64,000 nt of DNA from an uncultured Methanomassiliicoccales archaeon (GCA_963695345.1 OY968769.1:640001-704000); one strand, 5' to 3'. Positions 23,020 to 33,863 are shown, numbered from the stretch's first letter. Numbers and translations: made by a program. The notes: generated by a model not told the origin, from the sequence alone.

Positions 23020-26000
23020 TACTTTCCACCTCCCACGAGGGCCGCGTCGATCTGTGCGATGATCTGGTTGTTCTTGAAGCCCTTCTGCTCCATGGCACCG
23101 GACGGGCATGCCGCCACGCAGGTACCGCAACCCATGCACAGTCCTTCGTTGACCACTGCCTTCAGCTTCTTCGGGTTCTTCGGGTCCGCCACGATGGTGA
23201 TCGCCTTGTACTCGCAGACCGGCTCGCATATGCCGCAGCCGTCGCAGATCATCGTCGTTCACCGCCGCGATGATTCCCTCGGTCTCCAGGAACTGCTTCG
23301 AGATGATGGTCATTGCCCTGGCGGCCGCTCCGGACGCCTGTGCGATGGTCTCATCGATGAACTTCGGCCAATGCGCCAGTCCGGCCAGGTATATGCCGTT
23401 GGTGGCGAAGTCGACCGGCCTCAGCTTCATGTGCGCCTCGAGGAAGTAGCCGTCCTTGCTCAGCGGCACCTTCAGGATCTTGGCCAGGTCCTCGTTGTCC
23501 GGCTGGGGCCTGATACCTGTGCTCAGCACGACCATGTCCGGGTGGAACATGAGCGGCGATCCCAGGATCACATCGTCGGCGACGATCTTCAGACCGGTCG
23601 CCTTCCTTGCTGACCACTGGGTCCTTGTCCTCAGGGAACCTGACGAACTTGACACCGAGCTCTGCGGCCTCCTTGTACAGGGACTCGCGGAACCCGTAGG
23701 TCCTGATGTCCTTGTGGAAGACGTAGACCTCTGCGGCCGGGTCCTTCTTCTTGATCTCGATGGCGTTCTTGACCGCCTTGGAGCAGCAGACCCTGCTGCA
23801 GTACGGGGCCTCCTTGTTCCTGGAGCCGACGCACTGGATCATGGCGATCTTCTTGGCGTGCAGCGGTCCGTGGTGCAGCTTCTCCTCCAGCTCGAGCTGG
23901 GTGATGACGTTCTTGTCCTGCACCGTACAGGTACTCCTTGGGCTTGTACTCCTCGCCGCCGACCGCCACGACGACGGCGCCGGTCTCGATCTCCTGCCCG
24001 CTGATCTTGACCTTGAAGTTGCCGACGAATCCGGTCAGGTCCTCCAGCTCGGAGTTCATGTGCACGGTGATGTTCTTGTTGTCCTGGACGTTCTTGATGA
24101 TCTCGTGCATGACGGTCCTCGGGCTCTTTCCGTCCTCGTGCGTCAGCAGCTTGTTCATCCTTGCCGCCCAGCTCTCCGGTCCTCTCGATCAGTTCGACCT
24201 TGAATCCCTGCTGCGCGATGTCCAGAGCGGCGGTCATTCCGGCCAGTCCGCCGCCGACGACGACGGCGGAGTGGGTGACTCCCAGCCTGGACTTGGACAG
24301 CGGCTCCAGCAACCTGGACTTGGCGATTGCCATCCTTACCAGGTCCTTCGACTTCTGGGTGGCCTTCTCCGGCTCGTGCATGTGGATCCAAGAGCACTGG
24401 TCACGGATGTTGGCCATCTCGAACAGGAACAGGTTCAGTCCCGCTTCCTTGATGGTGCTCTGGAACAGTGCCTCGTGGGTACGGGGCGTGCAGGACGCGA
24501 CCACGACGCGGTTCAGCTTGTGCTCCTTGATGAGCTCCTTGATCCTCTCCTGCGAATCGGCCGAGCAGGTGTACTTGTTCTCTTCCGCGAAGACGACGTT
24601 CGGTAGGGTCTTGGCGTACTCCACGACCGACGGGACGTCGACGGTTCCGCTGATGTTGATGCCGCAGTCGCAGACGAAGACACCGATCCTGGGCTCCTGC
24701 CCCTTGACGTCGATCTCCGGGGTCTCCTTGACCACCGTGTCGATGCTGACGCGGTTCTCGGAGACCAACGCGCCGGCCTTCGACGCTGCACCGGAGGCCT
24801 CCGCGACCGTGGTCGGGATGTCCTTGGGGGCGGTGAACGCACCGCTGACGAACACTCCCTTCCTGGAGGTCTCCAGCGGCGAGTATACGCCGGTCTGGCA
24901 GAATCCGTACTTGTTGAGCTTGACGCCGAGCCCTGTCGGCGATGCTCTTGGCCTCTACTGGCGGCTCGAAGCCGACCGAAAGGACGACCATGTCGAACTC
25001 CTCGGCGGCCACGTCCTGACCGTTGCTGTAGCGCAGCGATCAGGTTCTTGGTCTCGGGGTCCTCCTCGACCGATGCCACCCTGGTTCCGCGGTACATCTT
25101 GATACGATATTCCTTCTCGGCCCGGGCCCGGTAGTCCTCGAACTCCTTGCCGAAGGCCCTGATGTCCATGAAGAAGATGGTCGGCTCCAGGCCCGCGGTG
25201 TGCTCACCGGCGATGATGGCCTGCTTCATGGCATACATGCAACAAACGGACGAGCAGTAGGGGTTGCCGACCTTCTCGTCCCTGGAACCGACGCACTGGA
25301 TGAAAGCGACCTTCTTCGGGGTGCGCTTGTCGGACGGCCTTACCACATGTCCCTGGTATGGGCCGGTGGCGGACAGTATCCTTTCGAACTCCAGGCTGGA
25401 GACGACGTTCTTGAACTCGCCGTATCCGTATTCCTTCTTGGCACGGGCATCGAAGATATCGAAACCGGGGGACAGGACGATCGCTCCTACCTCGATCTTC
25501 TCCTCGACGCTCTTTCATCTCATAGTCAATGGCGCCGGCCGGGCAGTTCTTCTTGCACAAGCCGCATCTTCCCTTGGTCAGGAACAGGCACTTTGCTTTC
25601 GTCGATGGCGTACTTCATCGGTACGGCCTGGGCATACGGGACATAGATGGCCTTCCTCGTTACCATTCCCTGCTCAAATTCAGCGGGGGTCTTCGACGGG
25701 GCATTTCTCTGCGCAAATGCCGCATCCGACGCATAGGTCCTCACGGACGTATCTCGGGTGCTTCTTGAGGGTCACTGTGAAATTAGGTGCCTCACCTTCG
25801 ACTTTCATGACCTCTGTCAAGGTCATCATGGTGATCATCGGGTGCCTTGCTGCCTCCACGAGTTTGGGGGACAGGATACACATCGAACAGTCGTTCGTCG
25901 GGAACGTCTTGTCCAATTGTGCCATCACACCGCCTATGCTTGGCTTTCTCTCGGTGAGGTAGACTTTTAATCCTGATTCAGCCAGGTCTAACGCTGTCTG

Positions 26001-26054
26001 AACTCCGGAAATGCCTCCTCCTACAACCAATACGGAACCAGTCTTTGCCGACAT
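23019..26054 (-). CDS. hdrA: Heterodisulfide reductase subunit A, long (~1000 aa) two-FAD-domain form, about 10 frameshifts
   Basis: VVGGGISG, LDKTFPTNDCSMC, ferredoxin insert, IQCVGSRD...YCSSVCC, GVFVCDCG, CTPRTHE, NIRDQCSW, second VVGGGLAG and IQCVGSR...YCSRVCC, C-terminal 2x[4Fe-4S]. Confidence 0.93.
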
Positions 26055-26384
26055 TTGTGCTCCTCCTTCTATCTTACAATCCTACAATTTTCAGTTAACG
26101 GAACGGCCTTAGCGGTAAACGAAGTTCTCAGAACGGACGCCCTGTGGTCTTCAAGGCGCCCCGCGCCTCGGCCAGAACTTTGCTTCGTACCGGTCAGTCT
26201 TTCCACCTTCCAACAAACGCTTGCTACGGCCCCACAGACCGCTTGCATCGATCTGGTGGCCATTTCTCGCAATCCATACCCGTTTCCTAGGCGGTTTTGG
26301 CTGCGGTGAAGAACCGCAAGTGTCCCCCATTCACCGGTTGTTTCGTAGGGGATACCGTGTCATGTCGTGTCGCGGTTTTCCGTG

Positions 26385-26413
26385 AATACGGATGTCCGTA
26401 TTTTAACGTTTTG
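26385..26413 (-). promoter_or_regulatory. Putative hdrA-mvh promoter with overlapping 18-bp palindrome
   Basis: Minus strand CAAAACG-TTAAAATA (TATA at 26399-26406); perfect inverted repeat AATACGGA-TG-TCCGTATT at 26385-26402. Confidence 0.5.
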
Positions 26414-26667
26414 TACTTTATCTTCGGCATGACAGCGGGTATCTCTCATGCCCTCTTTGTTAAGAGCTTTTCGCTTAACTCGCGTGAACTTTCCGAAGGT
26501 TCGACGCACCATGACCGAAGCGTCCCCTGATGAAATGGATAGCATGAGTGTAATCGTCCCTGGTATTGCCCACTCCAAAACATGGGTCAGAAGACCTCAC
26601 ATGCCCGCTTCCCTATCAAATAAGTGTATTCACGGACAAAGGGTTTTAGACCCTAAGCGAATTGGGA

Positions 26668-27401
26668 ATGGTCGTGCCAAGGTCAAGGGAGACGATCACC
26701 TCTTGAGGAATCCGTTCACGATGCTGTTCCGAGGGCGTCTGGTCGTCAATTGGGTACCGATCGGTGAGGCGCCGACGACCACCAGGCAGAAGGCGCCGGA
26801 GGTCCTCCGACCCCGGCCGAGGGTCACTCCCATCAAGCCGAAGTACGACATCGTTGTCTGTCAGATCTGCATGGGCCGGGTCAAGCCGGGCTTGAACGTG
26901 GCCAGATGTGAGTGCGGGAAGAGCTTCCACGACATCTGCCTGGAACGGACCGGTTTCTGCCCCTATTGCCATAGGACCTATGACGCGCCGTCGGTTGCCG
27001 CCATCTCGAAGAAGAGGGAGTCGCCGAAGATCGAGAAAGCCCCTTGCCCATCCTGTGGCCAGATGATACTGGCCGAGGCGAGGGGGTGCGAGTGTGGGGC
27101 GGTCTTCGTGGAGGATGAGCAGTTCAACTGCGCCAAATGCGGATCGGTGGTCTACGCCGACAACATGGTCTGCGGCCATTGCGGGGAGGTATACGAAAAC
27201 TATACCCCGAGGCTTTGCCCCATATGTTCCAGGATCTTCAACGAGGAGACGGGACAATGCGAGTGCGGGGCATTCACGGGCGATTCCTGTCCGGAATGCG
27301 GGCTAACCCTGGAGGTCGATGATCGGGCCTGCCGCCGGTGCGGGACCATTTTCGAGTATGTAGGCACTCCAGAGGAGATCGCGGAAAGGAATCGGGATTG
27401 A
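26668..27401 (+). CDS. Multi-zinc-finger protein: RING/PHD-like C4HC3 finger plus four double-zinc-ribbon units
   Basis: CQIC-x12-CEC-x4-H-x2-C-x6-CPYC, then CPSC/CECG, CAKC/CGHC, CPIC/CECG, CPEC/CRRC. The start is uncertain (ATG 26668 needs a frameshift, or a later in-frame ATG is used). Confidence 0.75.
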
Positions 27402-27498
27402 AAAGTGTCAGCCTGAATATCCGCCTCTTTATATCAGGTCCCAGAGCAAATTGAATAAATATCACATTTGTATTATTCAATCGAGGGTGTGGGTGCAC

Positions 27499-28611
27499 TT
27501 GAGATCATTATTTGATATTCCAGACGAAGGAAAAAACGGATTACGGGAAGATGTCCCGAGCATGCAACCATCGATGACCAGTGAGGACGACGCCGAGCTT
27601 ATGAAGCTCGTGGAGACCCTGCGGATAAAGATCTCCATCATTGGGTGCGGCGGAGGCGGCTCGAACACTGCCAGAAGGGTCACCCAGGCAGGGGTGTCCG
27701 GGGCGACCATCGTGGCCTGCAACTCCGATGCCAGGCATCTGTTGGCCATACAGGTCCCGAACAAGGTCCTGCTCGGCAAGTCAACGACCAAGGGCCTAGG
27801 GGCGGGAGCCATCCCAGAGATCGGACAGCAGGCCGCCGAGGAATCCGAGGGCGACCTGCGGAAATATGTCCAGGGTGCGAACATCGTGTTCGTCACCGCG
27901 GGCATGGGCGGAGGAACGGGCACTGGATCGGCGCCGGTCGTTGCGGAGATGGCGCGGAGGCAGGGAGCCTTGGTGATCGGTATCGTGACCCTGCCGTTCA
28001 AGGCCGAGGGCAGGATCAGGATGGAGAACGCCATGAAGGGCCTGAACAACCTGCGGGAGCACTGCGACACCACCATCGTGGTCCAGAACGACAAACTGCT
28101 GGAGCTCGTGCCCAGATTGCCCATCGAAGCCGCGTTCAAGGTGGCCGATGAGGTGCTTATGCAGAGCATCAAGGGCATCACCGAAGTGGTCACAAAACCT
28201 GCGCTGGTCAACCTCGATTTCAACGATATCCTGACCATAATGAAGAACGGCGGCATCGCCATGATCGGCATCGGCGAGGCCGTGACCGATGACAACGACC
28301 GCGTGAACAAGGCTGTGAACGACGCCCTGAGCTCCCCGATGCTGGGAGATGTGGACCTTCACGAAGCGAAGGGTGCCATGATCCGGGTCGTGGGCGGTCC
28401 GGACATGACCGTCACCGAAGCGGAAAAGGCGGCAGAGCTGGTAAGCCAGGCGGTCAACCCCCGGGCCCGGGTCATCTGGGGATGCGCGGTCGAACCGGCA
28501 ATGAAGGGGAAGCTCAGCGCCATGGTGATCATCACCGGCCTGAAGCAGAACGCCATTTCCGGCAAGACGGATGCGGCCAGCTGCCCCCCGACGCCGTCCA
28601 GGGGCCGGTGA
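27499..28611 (+). CDS. ftsZ: Cell division protein FtsZ
   Basis: IGCGGGGSN, GLGAGAIPEIG, tubulin signature AGMGGGTGTG, PFKAEG, LVNLDFND. Probable TTG start at 27499. Confidence 0.95.
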   Translation: MRSLFDIPDEGKNGLREDVPSMQPSMTSEDDAELMKLVETLRIKISIIGCGGGGSNTARRVTQAGVSGATIVACNSDARHLLAIQVPNKVLLGKSTTKGLGAGAIPEIGQQAAEESEGDLRKYVQGANIVFVTAGMGGGTGTGSAPVVAEMARRQGALVIGIVTLPFKAEGRIRMENAMKGLNNLREHCDTTIVVQNDKLLELVPRLPIEAAFKVADEVLMQSIKGITEVVTKPALVNLDFNDILTIMKNGGIAMIGIGEAVTDDNDRVNKAVNDALSSPMLGDVDLHEAKGAMIRVVGGPDMTVTEAEKAAELVSQAVNPRARVIWGCAVEPAMKGKLSAMVIITGLKQNAISGKTDAASCPPTPSRGR

Positions 28612-28620
28612 ACGGGACCG

Positions 28621-28955
28621 ATGGTCGTCAAGGACAAACGAGGACGCCGCCGCTACGTAGCGTTCGAGACCGACGAGGTCAATGACGCGGAGACGGTTTC
28701 CCGGGAGATCATCTCAAGCGCCGTCCGGCTCGGGGTCCGACCCCCGAAATTGATCCAGTTCGAGGGGCGGCGGGGCATCGTCCGTTCCCTGGAACCGGAG
28801 AAGGAGGCGACCTTGGAACTGATCAGTACGGCCGCAGCTGCCGATGAGGACCCTCCGCACCTCGGGCACGCTTGAAGACCCTGAGGGAGCGTTATTTTGT
28901 TCCCAACAAGGAACCCGGCAATGATGCCGAAAGAGGGCGGCGAATCGGCCGCTGA
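28621..28955 (+). CDS. rnp2: RNase P protein component Pop5/Rpp14 (frameshifts at ~28830 and ~28872)
   Basis: KRGRRRYVAFE...GIVRS...TLRTSGTLKTLRERY; located immediately upstream of psmA. Confidence 0.8.
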
Positions 28956-29070
28956 GGGACGCATAACGGCCTTGCCAGTATACCAGAAGTATGGGTGCGA
29001 AAGTACCCAACAAATATATAGCCGAGGATAACTTAAGGGAATGTCGTAACGCGTTCGAAGGAGTGTTTAG

Positions 29071-29793
29071 ATGCAACCAGGACAAATGGCATACGATCGG
29101 GCCATAACTGTGTTTTCGCCGGACGGAAGACTGTTCCAGGTGGAGTACGCTAGGGAGGCGGTCAAGCGGGGGACCACAACCGTCGGTCTGAAGTTCAAGG
29201 ACGGAGTGGTCTTGATTGTGGACAAGAGGATCGCCAGCAGGCTCATGGAACCGAAGTCCATCGAAAAGATATTCAAGATAGATCATCACATCGGCTGCGC
29301 CACCTCCGGACTTGTGGCCGACGCGAGGATACTCGTGGATCAGGCCAGGGTCATCGCCCAGGTTAACAAGATCACATACGACGAGAACATGGGCGTCGAG
29401 GAGCTGGTGAAGCGCATCTGCGACTACAAGCAGAACTACACCCAGTACGGCGGTGTAAGGCCGTTCGGAACCGCCCTTCTGGTCGCTGGCGTCGACGAGC
29501 TCGGCGAGCACCTGTTCGAGACCGACCCGAGCGGGGCGCTCGTTTCCTACAAGGCGGGAAGCATCGGTGCCGGTCGGAACGTTGTGATGGAAGTCTTCGA
29601 GGAGCTGTACGCCGAGGGCATGGATATGGTCGACGCGGTCGAGCTGGGCCTAAAGGCGCTTAAGAAGGCGACCGAGGAAGAGAAGCTCAACCCGAAGGCT
29701 GTCGAGATCGGCATCGTCAGGCGGGGAGAGAACTTCCGCCGGATGGATGACAGCGAAGCAGAGACCTATATCCAAAGGGTCAACGCCGCGTGA
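29071..29793 (+). CDS. psmA: Proteasome subunit alpha
   Basis: YDRAITVFSPDGRLFQVEYAREAVKRG, RPFG, ETDPSG. Confidence 0.98.
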   Translation: MQPGQMAYDRAITVFSPDGRLFQVEYAREAVKRGTTTVGLKFKDGVVLIVDKRIASRLMEPKSIEKIFKIDHHIGCATSGLVADARILVDQARVIAQVNKITYDENMGVEELVKRICDYKQNYTQYGGVRPFGTALLVAGVDELGEHLFETDPSGALVSYKAGSIGAGRNVVMEVFEELYAEGMDMVDAVELGLKALKKATEEEKLNPKAVEIGIVRRGENFRRMDDSEAETYIQRVNAA

Positions 29794-29804
29794 TCGGGGT
29801 CTGG

Positions 29805-30504
29805 ATGGTAGACATCGAGGACGCGATCATCGCGAAGCTGGAATCCCACGGGGAGACCTTTGAGATACTGATCGACCCCAAGGTAGTGAATCTGCTGAAG
29901 GAGGGCAAGGACCCCAACCTAGTAGACTACATGGTAATAGACGAGATCTTCAAGAACGCCCACAAAGGAACCAAAGCCCCTGAGGAGAAGATCAAGGATA
30001 TCTTCGGCACCAATGATGTGATCGAGGTCGCCAAGCAGATCATCCTCAAGGGGGAGATCCAGCTCACCGCCCAGCAAAGAAAGGAGATGCTTGGAGAACA
30101 AGCGGAAGCGGATAGTCTCCGAGATCGCCAGGAACGCCATCAACCCCCAGACCGGAGGACCGCACACCGCCGAGCGCATCTCCATGGCCATGGATGAGGC
30201 CAAGGTGCACATCGACGCATTCAAGCCGGTCGAACAGCAGATCAACCATGTGCTGGACAAGCTGCGACCGTTGATCCCGATCCGGTTCGAGAAGATCAAG
30301 ATCGCGGTCAAGCTCTCCGGGGACGAGTATGGCAAGTGCTACGATGACATCATCCACTTCGGAAAGATACTCAAGGAGGAATGGGAGCCGAACGGTTCCT
30401 GGATCGGAGTCGTGGAGATCCCCGCGGGAATGCGGGACGACTTCTACGGTCGTTTGAACGAAAGGACCAAGGGGAACGCGCAGACGAAACAGCTCAAGAA
30501 CTAG
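29805..30504 (+). CDS. Ribosome maturation protein SBDS/Sdo1 (frameshift at ~30093)
   Basis: GETFEILIDP...KGEIQLT / INPQTGGPH...IPIRFE. Confidence 0.93.
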
Positions 30505-30571
30505 GCGTTCGCTGCTTCAATGGAAGGGAAGGTTTTTAAACCAATCAGGATTTGCATGAAGATGTGGTCAA

Positions 30572-31259
30572 ATGAATAGAGAAGGTGCAGGTGGAGACCG
30601 GGAGATAGTTATCCCCGGAGATCTGCTCGATGCGAGCGGCCTTAAGGCCGGAAGCGGCGCCTATGCCGTGGAGGGCAAGGTCTTTGCCGCGCAATTGGGC
30701 ATCAAGAGCGTGAAGTCAAATTTTGTGAATGTCATTCCCCTTGGCGGGAGATACATACCGGCCACTGGTGACAGCGTAATCGGCAAGGTCATCGACATCG
30801 GACCGTCGAACTGGCTCATCGACATCAATTCCCCTTACCCGGCCCCGTTGCATGTCAACGAGGTCCCGTGGAGGGTAGAGTTCGGTGACACGTCCAAATA
30901 CCTGAACGTCGGCGACACCCTGCTGGCCAAGGTATTGATGGTCGATGAGACCAAGAGGGTCCAGGTCACCATGAAGGAGCAGGGCCTGCGCAAGCTGTCC
31001 GGCGGCCAAGTGATCGACATATCATATACCAAGGTGCCACGGGTGATCGGGAAGGGCGGTTCGATGATCCAGCTGATCAAGAGCCACACCAACTGCCGTA
31101 TCTTCATCGGGCAGAACGGAAGGATCTGGCTGGACGGAGAGATCGAGAGCATGGTGATCGGCGATCCACGCGATCCGTATGATCGAGGAAGGCGCCCAGC
31201 AATCCAGGCTCACGGAGAAGGTTAAGGAATATCTCGAGTCGATGACGAAATCAAATTGA
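30572..31259 (+). CDS. rrp4: Exosome complex RNA-binding protein Rrp4 (frameshift at ~31160)
   Basis: IVIPGD, S1 domain, KH motif KVPRVIGKGGSMI, GQNGRIW. Confidence 0.95.
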
Positions 31260-31271
31260 TCTGGTGAACTT

Positions 31272-32051
31272 ATGAGCGGAAATACAGGCGTCAAACTCAT
31301 TGATGACAATGGGATCAGAATAGACGGAAGGAAGGTGGACGAGCTGCGGCCGATCAAGATCGAGGCCGGCGTCCTGAAGAGCGCGGACGGCTCCGCCTAC
31401 GTGGAGATCGGCAAGAACAAGGTCCTGGCGGCCGTATATGGCCCTAGGGAATGCCATCCCCGCCACATGCAGAACCCTGCCAAGGCGATCGTCCAGTGCA
31501 AATACAACATGATCGCGTTCTCGGTCGGAGACCGCAAGAGGCCAGGACCGGACCGGAGATCGGTCGAGATCTCCAAGATCATATCCGAGGCGCTGGAGTA
31601 CGTGGTATTCACCGAGAGCTTCCCCAGGACCTCGGTCGATGTGTACATAGAGGTGCTGCAGGCGAACGCGGGAACGAGATGCGCGGGCCTCACCGCCGCA
31701 TCGGTCGCCTTGGCTGACGCCGGCATCCCGATGAAGGACCTGGTCCCGGCGATCGCCGTCGGAAAGGTCAACGACCAGGTGGTCCTGGACCTGAACAAGG
31801 AAGAGGACAACTATGGCCAGGCCGATGTACCGATCGCCATGATCCCACGGACCGGCGAGGTCCTCCTGCTGCAGATGGACGGTCACCTGACCGTCACCGA
31901 GTTCAACCAGGCCATGGACTATGCGGTCCCGGCACTGGAACAGATCTACCAGATGCAGAAGGACGCGCTGCGCCGAAGGTACGCCTCCACCGAAGCCGCC
32001 GAGGAATCGCCGGCCGATGACCAGAACCAATCCGACTCACAGGAGGCCTGA
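31272..32051 (+). CDS. rrp41: Exosome complex exonuclease Rrp41
   Basis: [38 protein letters not shown]. Confidence 0.97.
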   Translation: MSGNTGVKLIDDNGIRIDGRKVDELRPIKIEAGVLKSADGSAYVEIGKNKVLAAVYGPRECHPRHMQNPAKAIVQCKYNMIAFSVGDRKRPGPDRRSVEISKIISEALEYVVFTESFPRTSVDVYIEVLQANAGTRCAGLTAASVALADAGIPMKDLVPAIAVGKVNDQVVLDLNKEEDNYGQADVPIAMIPRTGEVLLLQMDGHLTVTEFNQAMDYAVPALEQIYQMQKDALRRRYASTEAAEESPADDQNQSDSQEA

Positions 32052-32053
32052 GA

Positions 32054-32828
32054 ATGGCACGCTCGGTTGTATCTGAGATCAAGAGGGACCACATCCACAA
32101 GCTCATCGCCAAGGGGAAGAGGGTGGATGGAAGGGCCTGGGACGAGTACCGGCAGATCTCCATCGAGACGAACTACATCGAGACGGCAGAAGGTTCGGCC
32201 CGGGTCAAGATGGGCAACACCGATGTGCTGGTCGGGGTCAAGATGCAGGTCGGATCGCCGTTCGGGGACACTCCGGACAAGGGTGTTCTCTCCACCAACG
32301 CGGAGCTCATCCCGATGGGATCGCCCAACTTCGAGGCCGGTCCGCCAGACGAGAACTCGATCGAGCTGGCCAGGGTCGTTGACCGTGGCATCCGGGAATC
32401 GGGAATGATCGACCTGGAGAGGCTGTGCATCGAGAAGGGCAAGGAAGTGCTGGATCAACTTCATCGACATCTACGTCCTGGACTTCGATGGGAACCTGTT
32501 CGACGCGGCGTTCCTGGGCGCGGTCGCGGCGCTGAAGACATGCAAGGTCCCGGCCCAGGAGAACGGAAAGGGCGAGGACTTCATGATGCCGATAAGAAAA
32601 ACGCCCATATCCTGTACGGCCGTACAGATAGAAAACGTTATATTGTTCGATCCGACTCTCGACGAAGAAAAAGTGGCATCGGCTAGATTGACGGTGACCA
32701 CCGACGAGAACGGTGACCTCAGGGCCATGCAGAAAGGCCTGCGCGGCGCCTTTACAATGGATCAGGTCAAGAACATAATCGAGACCTCCCAGAGACTAGG
32801 CAATGAGCTGAGAAAGCTGGTAGGGTGA
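32054..32828 (+). CDS. rrp42: Exosome complex component Rrp42 (frameshift at ~32445)
   Basis: GKRVDGR, AEGSARV, FEAGPPDENSIELARVVDRGIRES, DPTLDEE, AMQKG. Confidence 0.95.
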
Positions 32829-32833
32829 AATCG

Positions 32834-33118
32834 ATGGCAAAGAGAACAGAGAAAGCGGGAACCGCCGGAAGGTACGGAGCAAGATGCGGTGTCGTCACGA
32901 GGAAGGCGACCAGGGACATTGAGGCAATCGAGCGATCGAAGTCCGAGTGCCCCACATGCCACCATATGAATGTCAAGCGTGTATCCACCGGGATCTGGCA
33001 ATGCCGGCACTGCGAAGCCAAGTTCGCCGCCGCCAGCTACACGCCGACCATCAAGAAGATCACCTCCAAGGAGGTGCTGGCCCAGAAGGCACAGCTCGGA
33101 GGCGAGAAGCACGTATAA
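32834..33118 (+). CDS. rpl37ae: 50S ribosomal protein L37Ae
   Basis: KAGTAGRYGAR, CPTC...VKRVSTGIWQCRHC...YTP. Confidence 0.95.
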   Translation: MAKRTEKAGTAGRYGARCGVVTRKATRDIEAIERSKSECPTCHHMNVKRVSTGIWQCRHCEAKFAAASYTPTIKKITSKEVLAQKAQLGGEKHV

Positions 33119-33245
33119 GTGCGGCAACTGCGAAAGGCCCATCCGATCCAACGTTAACGCGGTCGGCATGCAGTGCGAGAATTGCGGTTCCAAGATCTTC
33201 TACAAGGAACGCCCGAACGTCAAGAAGGTCATAAAGGGAAGATGA
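33111..33245 (+). CDS. rpoP: DNA-directed RNA polymerase subunit P (Rpo12); start codon reads ACG
   Basis: (M)YKCGNC...CENCGSKIFYKERPNVKKVIKGR; GGAGG SD upstream of 33111; conserved position after rpl37ae. Confidence 0.9.
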   Translation, partial: TYKCGNCERPIRSNVNAVGMQCENCGSKIFYKERPNVKKVIKGR

Positions 33246-33484
33246 GCGGTATGCTCCGGGCCACCCTGAAGGTCCGCACCAACCACGCCAATACGATCCT
33301 GGCATCGATCTCGCCCGAGGCGGGGAGGGAGATACCCAGGACCAAGGTCGTGGCCCAGGCGGGACCGGACCAGGTGGTCTTGAAAGTGGAAGCGACCGAC
33401 TTGGCCGCCATGAGGGCGGCGCTCAACTCCTACCTCCGATGGATGCAGATCGCGGAGGAGATGAGCATAACATCAGGTGAGTGA
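33242..33484 (+). CDS. pcc1: KEOPS complex subunit Pcc1
   Basis: SISPE...VEATDLAAMRAALNSYLRW; operon position. Confidence 0.9.
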   Translation: MSGMLRATLKVRTNHANTILASISPEAGREIPRTKVVAQAGPDQVVLKVEATDLAAMRAALNSYLRWMQIAEEMSITSGE

Positions 33485-33863
33485 AATGGACGATATCAGC
33501 CCCAAACTCCAGAACCAGATTGCACAATTCCAACAGGTGCAGCAGCAGCTCCAACAGATCCTGAACCAGAAGTTCAGGATGGAATCCCAGCTCAAGGAAA
33601 TGGACCTTACCATTGAAGAGCTCAAGAAGACTCCGGCTGACAGCCCTGTCTACAAGAATGCCGGCGCGCTCATGATCAAGGTATCGGACCGCGAGTCCCT
33701 GCTGAGGGAGATCGAGGATGACAAAGAGACCTCGGAGGTACGTGTCAAATCGCTCGACCGGCAGGAAAAGATGCTCCGTGAAAAGTACCAGCTGATGCAG
33801 GACCAGATATCCAAGGCCATCGGCAGCGGCGCTCGTCCGTCCGAAAGCTCGGATGACAACTGA
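33477..33863 (+). CDS. pfdB: Prefoldin beta subunit
   Basis: Q-rich coiled coil, VYKNAGALMIK beta hairpin. Confidence 0.95.
   Translation: MSEMDDISPKLQNQIAQFQQVQQQLQQILNQKFRMESQLKEMDLTIEELKKTPADSPVYKNAGALMIKVSDRESLLREIEDDKETSEVRVKSLDRQEKMLREKYQLMQDQISKAIGSGARPSESSDDN

Noticed and set aside
23019-26054. hdrA (and lysS, top6B, rrp4, rrp42, mvhA) as pseudogenes or programmed-frameshift genes
   Set aside because: Indels are scattered over many essential genes with all motifs intact and no consistent slippery sites; sequencing error is more parsimonious.
26069-26272. 67-aa TAG-terminated ORF upstream of hdrA as a pyrrolysine read-through extension
   Set aside because: The TAG is 14 nt from the hdrA ATG (out of frame), and the peptide has no recognisable features.
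26055-26400. RNase P RNA or SRP RNA in the long gap upstream of hdrA
   Set aside because: No GAGGAAAGTCC-like P4 or AACAGAA...GCTTA landmark and no SRP helix 8 motif were found on either strand.
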